NCBI GenBank assembly: GCA_016935525.1
Contig: JAFGQU010000002.1
Coordinates: 98,560 to 162,559 of the forward strand
DNA: 64,000 nucleotides
From: Candidatus Omnitrophota bacterium
GTDB taxonomy: Bacteria > Omnitrophota > Gorgyraeia > Duberdicusellales > 4484-171
Reading direction: 5' to 3'
The position numbers were made by a program, and so were the translations under genes. The notes under the pieces were generated by a model, which saw only the letters and a program-made list of their open reading frames with translations, was not told the DNA's origin and did not search any database. How positions within the stretch are numbered: the first letter of the stretch is position 1; the number at the start of each line of letters is the position of its first letter. Shown here piece by piece: positions 58,000 through 64,000 of this stretch.

Positions 58000-58550
58000 T
58001 ATCGTTTCTTCCGGAGGATCACCGCTTCGTCTTTCCCATCGATCTCTTTAAGCCGTATTTCCACCAATTCGTTCTTTGCCGTAGGGATATTTTTACCGAC
58101 AAAATCGGCCCGGATCGGCAATTCCCGATGCCCGCGGTCGATAAGGACAAGTAATTCAATCCGGTGCGGCCGGCCAAAATCCATGATTTCGTCTAATGCC
58201 GCCCGGATAGTCCTTCCGGTAAACAATACATCATCGATAAGGATGACTATCCTGTTCTTCAGGTCACACGGGATCTTGGTCTCTTTTACCAGGGGGACTT
58301 CCGAAACAGTGGTTAAATCGTCGCGGTAAAGCGTAATATCAAGGATCCCCAAAGGGATCTCGATGCCTTCTAATTCTTTCACTATTTTTTGTAACCGTTG
58401 GGCCAAATAGACACCCCGGGTCTGGATCCCGATAAATACCAGCTGTTCGGCATGAGTATTTTTTTCCAGAACCTGGTGGGCAAGACGCAGAAGGATACGT
58501 TTTATGTCGGCATCCGAAAGGAGAGGGGTTTTTTCTTTATAGGTATCCAT
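57999..58550 (-). CDS. pyrR: bifunctional pyrimidine operon regulator/uracil phosphoribosyltransferase PyrR
   Basis: PRTase motif 'VILIDDVLFTGRT'. About 180 aa. First gene after the PyrR attenuator. Confidence 0.8.
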   Translation of the reverse strand: MDTYKEKTPLLSDADIKRILLRLAHQVLEKNTHAEQLVFIGIQTRGVYLAQRLQKIVKELEGIEIPLGILDITLYRDDLTTVSEVPLVKETKIPCDLKNRIVILIDDVLFTGRTIRAALDEIMDFGRPHRIELLVLIDRGHRELPIRADFVGKNIPTAKNELVEIRLKEIDGKDEAVILRKKR

Positions 58551-58574
58551 ATAACCTCCCGTAACCAGGGGTAT

Positions 58575-58606
58575 AAAAAGAAAAAACCCACTTGATAAGT
58601 GGGTCG
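58575..58606 (-). terminator. intrinsic terminator of the pyr leader attenuator
   Basis: Minus-strand hairpin ACCCACUU-auca-AAGUGGGU followed by UUUUUUCUUUUU, about 25 nt upstream of the pyrR start. Confidence 0.65.
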
Positions 58607-58639
58607 CATATTGTAAGATATAGGTTATTTTTCATACAG

Positions 58640-58670
58640 GTTCCTTGCCAGCCTCACAGGACCGGCTTAA
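58640..58670 (-). promoter_or_regulatory. PyrR-binding anti-antiterminator loop
   Basis: Minus-strand GGUCCUGUGAGGCUGG matches the PyrR consensus RNUCCNGNGAGGYU. It sits in the loop of a GCCGG/CUGGC stem between the promoter and the terminator. Confidence 0.6.
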
Positions 58671-58680
58671 AGGTTATTTG

Positions 58681-58709
58681 AGTATACCGTATGCCGAACG
58701 CTTTGTCAA
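58681..58709 (-). promoter_or_regulatory. sigma70-type promoter of the pyrR-pyrB-pyrC operon
   Basis: Minus strand TTGACA, a 17 nt spacer, then TATACT, upstream of the PyrR-binding loop. Confidence 0.5.
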
Positions 58710-58724
58710 TACATAATCATCGTT

Positions 58725-59861
58725 TTATTTTCGTTCTAAAAAGGTCAGGCATTCCACATGGGGGGTATGGGGGAAAAAGTCAAAAGGCTCAATAAAATCA
58801 ACCCGATAAAGGCTGGCAAGGTCGGAAATGTCCTCACAAAGGGTCTGAGGGTTGCAGGAAGAATAGACGATCCGGGGCGGATGGGCCCGGAGGATCTTAC
58901 GTTTTATCTTTTTCGATAACCCGCTCCGGGGAGGATTTAAGACCATGATATCTATCCCGGATGTGTCCGAATCGGACAGGAACCGCCGGACATCCGTACA
59001 GACAAAAGAGATATTCTCAATATTGTTCAGTTGAGCGTTTACTTTGGCGTTCTGGACTATCTCTTCCCGCAATTCCACGCCCCAGACATACTGCACATCT
59101 CTGGCCAGGAATAAACCTATGGAACCTACTCCGCAATAGAGGTCCAATATCTTCTCTTTCCCGGTCACATGCGCGTACTGACGGATCTTTTCATAAAGGG
59201 TCTTGATCCCCCGGGAATTGATCTGGAAAAAAGAATCGATATAAATACGGAACTGCAGATCACCTAATATCTCGGTCACAAACGGCTCCCCCAAAAGCAG
59301 TTCTTTCTTTTGGAAAGTGACCGCATCGCCGAAAGAATCATTGGTGATCCAGTATAACGATTTTATCGGGATCTGTTCATTTAATGAGACGATCTTTTTC
59401 TTGAGACCTTCAGTATCCATCGTCCCCTGGCTGGAAGTCACTATTCCCAACATAAACTGCCCGGTAAACTTTGTATTCCGGATGATCAAGTGCCTTAGGA
59501 ACCCTTCATGAGTAAATGTATTGTAAGGGGCTTGCGTACTGAAGAACTCACGCAGACAATCAAGGATCATCCCTGCATGTTCCGAGAAGATCACACATTC
59601 TTTTGCATTAAAGACTTTCCGTTTTTCCGCTTTACGATGGAGGCCGCAGACCAGCTCTCCTTCTTCTTGAGAAAAAGTAAACTCCATTTTGTTACGATAA
59701 TACCAGGGATCAAAACTATTGATCGGTTTAAGTTCGGTTTCGATCCCAAATTCCTCAAGAAGCCCTTTGATCCGGTCTTCTTTACCGGCGAGCTGTTCGG
59801 GATAAGGGGTATCCTGGAATCGACACCCGCCGCAATCAGGAAAATGCTGGCATATATTCAT
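58725..59861 (-). CDS. RNA (uracil-5)-methyltransferase, RlmD/RumA/TrmA family
   Basis: N-terminal Fe-S motif 'CQHFPDCGGC' and a class I SAM-MTase fold ('LDLYCGVGSIG'). Start trimmed to MNICQHF. Confidence 0.55.
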   Translation of the reverse strand: MNICQHFPDCGGCRFQDTPYPEQLAGKEDRIKGLLEEFGIETELKPINSFDPWYYRNKMEFTFSQEEGELVCGLHRKAEKRKVFNAKECVIFSEHAGMILDCLREFFSTQAPYNTFTHEGFLRHLIIRNTKFTGQFMLGIVTSSQGTMDTEGLKKKIVSLNEQIPIKSLYWITNDSFGDAVTFQKKELLLGEPFVTEILGDLQFRIYIDSFFQINSRGIKTLYEKIRQYAHVTGKEKILDLYCGVGSIGLFLARDVQYVWGVELREEIVQNAKVNAQLNNIENISFVCTDVRRFLSDSDTSGIDIMVLNPPRSGLSKKIKRKILRAHPPRIVYSSCNPQTLCEDISDLASLYRVDFIEPFDFFPHTPHVECLTFLERK

Positions 59862-60367
59862 ATCTTCACAATGAGTTTTTTCAAAGGGAAACGGCGGCCT
59901 CCTCCCGGCCTCTTTGCGGGAACCCCCAGGGCGATACATCCCCAGAGTTCCAGGGTATGCGCGCAGTTGAGAGCCTTTTGAATCGCTTTTTTCTGATTAA
60001 GGATCTCGCCTAACCAACAGGCTCCCAGCTTGACCGCCGAGGCGGCAAGAAGCATATTCTGAATACACGCTCCCAACGCCATCAGATCTTTTTCGCGGTG
60101 ATAACTCTTCTTTTTATCCAGAAATACTAACACCACCTTATCGGCGGCTTTCACGACATGCCCGTAATGGGTATACGGCACCAACCGGTCTTTGTCGCTT
60201 TTTTCTAACACCATAAATCTCCAAGGCTGATTATTTAGTCCCGAAGGAGCCCATCGGCCGGCTTCGAGTATTTTTTCAACGGTTTTTAAAGAAAGCGATT
60301 TTTCTTTAAACGAACGGACCGATCTCCGGTTCTTAATTAAATCCATACCTATTTTTTCTTTGTTCAT
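59858..60367 (-). CDS. nitroreductase family protein
   Basis: 'RRSVRSFK' and 'ILEAGRWAPSGLNNQPWRF' are nitroreductase N-terminal motifs. Confidence 0.6.
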   Translation of the reverse strand: MNKEKIGMDLIKNRRSVRSFKEKSLSLKTVEKILEAGRWAPSGLNNQPWRFMVLEKSDKDRLVPYTHYGHVVKAADKVVLVFLDKKKSYHREKDLMALGACIQNMLLAASAVKLGACWLGEILNQKKAIQKALNCAHTLELWGCIALGVPAKRPGGGRRFPLKKLIVKI

Positions 60368-60419
60368 TTTTCTTTTTATTTTTGGTTTTTTAATATTTAC
60401 TTTTTTATTTTTAATTTTT

Positions 60420-61337
60420 CTAGCAGTATCCCAGTTCCTGCAGGATCCGGGGTTGAGTCTGCCAATCTTTTACTACCCGCACCCGCAGTTGAAGATAGAC
60501 TTTCTTCTTAAAGATAGTTTCGATCTCGCCGCGGGCGGCGATCCCGACGTCTTTTATAAATCCGCCTTTTTTTCCGATCACGATCTGTTTTTGAGAATCC
60601 CGGTTCACATACACCGCCGCATAAATACACACCAGTTTTTCTTTATCCTCTATCTCTTCTACTTCTACCGCGAGCGAATGGGGTATTTCCTCAGACAATT
60701 TTTCGAAGATCTTTTCTCTGATGATATCGGCGACCCTGAAAGATAACGGAAAATCAGTCACCGTGCCCGGCTCATAAAAAGGGGGCCCCTCCGGTAACAG
60801 CGAGATGACCGCTTCTTTTAATTCTTCTATATTTTTCCCGGTTTTCGCCGAAACCGGCACATAATAACGGACCGGATCGGTTTTATTTCTTCCCAGCATC
60901 GCTTTCCAGGCGTCAATGTAAAGAGTGATATTCTTTTTCTGCATATCCAGCTTATTTAATACCATGATAATCGGGATCTTCTGTTTTATTAATGAACGCA
61001 TAATATGCGTTTCTTCTACTCCCGGACGCCGGGTAAGATCGACGACATAAAGGATCACCTCGATATCTTCAAGGCTCTTAAACGCCAGAGAATTCAGATG
61101 GTTGGCCAGTTTATGCCGAAACCGATGAATACCGGGAGTATCGACAAAAATGATCTGAGCGTTTTTCAAATTGGCAATCCCGCGGATCTGGTGCCGAGTA
61201 GTCTGGGGGATACTTGAGACAATGCTTATTTTATCCTGTAAAAATGTGTTTAACAGCGTTGATTTGCCGGCATTGGGCCGGCCGATGAATACCACAAATC
61301 CCGATTTAAATGAAGGTTTCTTCTCAATGTTCATCAA
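60420..61337 (-). CDS. era: GTPase Era
   Basis: G1 'GRPNAGKST', G3 'DTPG', G4 'NKLD', and a C-terminal KH domain. About 300 aa. Confidence 0.8.
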   Translation of the reverse strand: MMNIEKKPSFKSGFVVFIGRPNAGKSTLLNTFLQDKISIVSSIPQTTRHQIRGIANLKNAQIIFVDTPGIHRFRHKLANHLNSLAFKSLEDIEVILYVVDLTRRPGVEETHIMRSLIKQKIPIIMVLNKLDMQKKNITLYIDAWKAMLGRNKTDPVRYYVPVSAKTGKNIEELKEAVISLLPEGPPFYEPGTVTDFPLSFRVADIIREKIFEKLSEEIPHSLAVEVEEIEDKEKLVCIYAAVYVNRDSQKQIVIGKKGGFIKDVGIAARGEIETIFKKKVYLQLRVRVVKDWQTQPRILQELGYC

Positions 61338-62457
61338 AATACCTATCTAGTTTTTCAAGATATTCATATAATACTTTAGTCCCTTTGATAAGGTTAGATA
61401 CTTTTACATATTCATTTACCGTATGAGCACACCCCCGGGACCCGAATCCGAACGCAAAAGATTCGATTCCCCGTGCTTCTAAAAAGGTCAGCACGGTCGC
61501 GCCAAAACTGGGTTTACAGTGTGCCGGTATGTTATGTTGAACGAGGATCTTTCTCATTAACCCGACCAGAAAATGATCGTGATCGATCTCTACCGGCCCC
61601 TGATTGGCTAATATCTTCAACGTATATGTCCCGGTATGGATCTTGATGATCTTCTCTATTCTCTCTAAAATCACCGTTTCTTTCAAGGGAGGTACATAAC
61701 GGATATCCAGTTCGCACGCGCAATATCCGGCCACAATATTGACTTTTTCTCCTCCTTCGATTTTCCCGACATTAAGGGTAGGCGATTTAAGCAAAGGATG
61801 TACTTTTTTAAATAACGGTTCTTTTTTGATATCGCCGATAATATTCATCGTTTTTTCGATCGCATTTTTCCCCCGCCAGGGATAGGCGCCATGGGCTTCT
61901 TTTCCGTAGACCTCTACACGCAGATGAAGGAGCCCTTTCTGCGCGACAATCATATCAAACTCATTACTGTCCAGCACGATCCCGTAATCTATATTTTTTA
62001 GGCGCCGGATGAGCGGCCGGATCCCATAATCACTGCCGGTCTCCTCATCCGCGGTGAATGCGCATATCAAATCGATATTATCCAGAACCCGGTTTTTTGA
62101 TTTAAATTCTTTCAAGGTCGCAAGGGTCACCGCGACATTGGCTTTATCATCGGTCGCGCCCCGGCCATAGATCTTTCCTTTTACATAGGTACCGGAAAAC
62201 GGAGGATATTTCCATTTCCCGGTAGGCGGGACCACATCGATATGCGGCGTCAACAACACTTTCTTTTTCCGTGTGCGTGAAGGAAGTTCACATACGATAT
62301 TAGGCCGGTTTTTTTTAAACTCATACCGTTTCGATTTTATATCGATCCCTTGAAGATACTTCTGTATGAACAAAGCGACCCCTTTTTCTTTTCCCGGGGG
62401 GTTAGAAGAATCCTGCCTAATGAGTTTCTGTGTAAGATCTATTATCTCTTTCTTCAT
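61324..62457 (-). CDS. M20 family metallopeptidase (ArgE/DapE-like)
   Basis: 'HIDVVP' and 'GRGATDDK' metal-binding motifs. Confidence 0.55.
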   Translation of the reverse strand: MKKEIIDLTQKLIRQDSSNPPGKEKGVALFIQKYLQGIDIKSKRYEFKKNRPNIVCELPSRTRKKKVLLTPHIDVVPPTGKWKYPPFSGTYVKGKIYGRGATDDKANVAVTLATLKEFKSKNRVLDNIDLICAFTADEETGSDYGIRPLIRRLKNIDYGIVLDSNEFDMIVAQKGLLHLRVEVYGKEAHGAYPWRGKNAIEKTMNIIGDIKKEPLFKKVHPLLKSPTLNVGKIEGGEKVNIVAGYCACELDIRYVPPLKETVILERIEKIIKIHTGTYTLKILANQGPVEIDHDHFLVGLMRKILVQHNIPAHCKPSFGATVLTFLEARGIESFAFGFGSRGCAHTVNEYVKVSNLIKGTKVLYEYLEKLDRYFDEH

Positions 62458-63982
62458 ACACACTCCTGATCGGAACCGCAAGGGCCTCTCCGGTTAACGG
62501 ATTGAAACCTTGATAAGAAATTAAAAAATAAGCGGTCGCCGCCAGCGACCCCACCTGGTCCCCTTTAGGCGTACGCCACCCATGGCCGGTATCAATAAAA
62601 CTCTGAGAAGCATAGGGTAACGTAGGGTACGCTTTCCCTACGGGTGAAGGGGAATTAATCACCATTTTTTGCAATTCTTCGAAATAAAACAGAGCTTTTT
62701 CGAAATAATAACGGGATTTTTCCGCATCACGAGTGCGATAATAATCCGCCAATATTTCCAGAGCAAGGACCATCTGGGAAGTCCATTCGCAGGAAATGAC
62801 TCCGCCGCGCGGGATATGTTGCGCCTTGGCAAAATCGAATCCGGTCACCTGGACCAGGAGATCATGCCGGCGTAAATCCACGTTCACCTCACAATTCTTT
62901 ATCGCGAACTCTACGATCTGATCCGGGTCCATATCGTATTGGAGAAGCACCTGCGGCCCCAAGGCCGTAATCGACCAGGTATAGGTGTCGGTCGCGATAG
63001 TCGCATCGCCGCGGCCGCGGTTAATCGGAACGGCTTTCTGAGTATACGCGTACCGATCAAGCCACTCATCGATCTTTTTCGCATAGGTACTGCATATCGG
63101 ATGCGCGCTTACCCGGGAGAACAATTTAAAGAATGCCGAAGAATCGAGATTATGTTCGGTAGAGTACCACTGCACTTTCGGCCCGCCTTTAATTCCTCCT
63201 TCATCATCCATCATCTCAAGGAGGAAATCGGAAACTTTTTCGGCAATTTTCAGATAGGTACGGTCTTTGGTCATATCGACATAATGTAACGCGGCAAGCC
63301 CGATCCAGGCATTCGGGCCGGCATGCACGACATATTCAAATACCCCCCCGCTCGTGTAATACGCATTATAGATATCCTGATCATGTTCGACCGCGTTAAG
63401 GTAGAAATCCAGGATCTTTTTTGCCCGATCGGGTCTCTGGTACAGGCAGAACACAATTGCGGCCAGTGCCTGGTCATAACTAAAGGCGACTCTCTTTAAA
63501 TCGTCATCCCCCTCATAACTTAACACCAGACCGGTGTGTAAGTCCTGACGGGAAGAAATCCATTGATACATCCCCGCGGTGATCCGGGCGGCATATTCCC
63601 GTTTTTCTTTCTCTTTCACCCGGGACCCTTGAGCCAATATATCGGTAAGCTCTTTCTTTTCGGCAAGTTGAGCCTGGAGGATCTGGTTCTTGCGAGAAAG
63701 TTCGCGGATATCGTTTTGAAGCCGGCTGATGTTATTGTGCAGCTCTGCGGCACTCACATCCGCAGCGGCAGACACCTCATCGGCGCCAGAAGAGACTTGA
63801 GCGTATTTTTCCTGCCAGATGAGGAGTTCTTCATTAAGCTCCTGTAATTGTTTTTCCAGCGTTTTTTGTTGTCCGCGGAAATACGCAAGAAGTTTCTGTT
63901 CGCTTTCCAATCCTGAATTTAACATGTTCGTTTCCTGTATCGTCTGAAAATACCGGGCAACCAGCGTTTTATTCTCCCGCAC
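62417..63982 (-). CDS. hypothetical protein with N-terminal coiled-coil and large C-terminal domain
   Basis: Long ORF with heptad-like N-terminal 100 aa. No confident motif. Confidence 0.3.
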   Translation of the reverse strand: MRENKTLVARYFQTIQETNMLNSGLESEQKLLAYFRGQQKTLEKQLQELNEELLIWQEKYAQVSSGADEVSAAADVSAAELHNNISRLQNDIRELSRKNQILQAQLAEKKELTDILAQGSRVKEKEKREYAARITAGMYQWISSRQDLHTGLVLSYEGDDDLKRVAFSYDQALAAIVFCLYQRPDRAKKILDFYLNAVEHDQDIYNAYYTSGGVFEYVVHAGPNAWIGLAALHYVDMTKDRTYLKIAEKVSDFLLEMMDDEGGIKGGPKVQWYSTEHNLDSSAFFKLFSRVSAHPICSTYAKKIDEWLDRYAYTQKAVPINRGRGDATIATDTYTWSITALGPQVLLQYDMDPDQIVEFAIKNCEVNVDLRRHDLLVQVTGFDFAKAQHIPRGGVISCEWTSQMVLALEILADYYRTRDAEKSRYYFEKALFYFEELQKMVINSPSPVGKAYPTLPYASQSFIDTGHGWRTPKGDQVGSLAATAYFLISYQGFNPLTGEALAVPIRSVYEERDNRSYTETH

Positions 63983-64000
63983 AAGACGAGCCTGTTCAAA

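Noticed and set aside
1-64000. Mobile element, integrase or prophage signatures that might delimit the accessory island
   Set aside because: I recognised no transposase, integrase, tRNA-adjacent attachment repeats or phage genes. The only tRNA (54270..54341) lies inside the pyr cluster, not at the island boundary.

Overview
This is a 64 kb bacterial chromosomal window of moderate GC. Class 1B DHODH with PyrK, many B12-binding radical SAM enzymes and U32-family proteins suggest an anaerobe. Coordinates placed by hand-counting the sequence lines (repeats, tRNA, attenuator) may be off by about 1 nt. About 270-41850 is a dense, mostly minus-strand accessory island that appears to build and tailor an envelope glycoconjugate and/or isoprenoid lipid. 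It encodes: a clan GH-A glycoside hydrolase lipoprotein; five U32-family (UbiU/UbiV/RlhA-type) paralogs; five B12-binding radical SAM enzymes plus one non-canonical radical SAM; a UbiA-family prenyltransferase with a DGGGPS/chlorophyll-synthase-like motif; an ICMT-family membrane methyltransferase; four ArnT/PMT-like GT-C membrane glycosyltransferases with a GT2 polyprenol-phosphate sugar synthase; GT2 and GT4 glycosyltransferases with a WecA/MraY-like initiating transferase; a WbuX-type PP-loop sugar amidotransferase with a separate class II GATase; a NodU-type carbamoyltransferase; a CE4-like deacetylase; three paralogs of an uncharacterised polytopic membrane protein family; and a large LamG/LamG/SGNH membrane protein. 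Two copies of a ~135 nt four-hairpin repeat sit at intercistronic positions in this island. About 42600-64000 is housekeeping, all on the minus strand: pyrF, pyrD, pyrK, a pabB-pabC fusion, mutM, a YjbQ-family protein, a dCTP-deaminase-like protein, carB, carA, a LOG/TIGR00725-like protein, tRNA-Arg(CCG), an endonuclease Q-like PHP protein, pyrC, pyrB and pyrR. The pyrR leader has a sigma70-like promoter, a PyrR-binding loop and an intrinsic terminator. Downstream (at lower coordinates, 3' along the minus strand) of the pyr leader are an RlmD-like methyltransferase, a nitroreductase, era, an M20 peptidase and a hypothetical protein. I saw no CRISPR array, transposase, integrase or rRNA.
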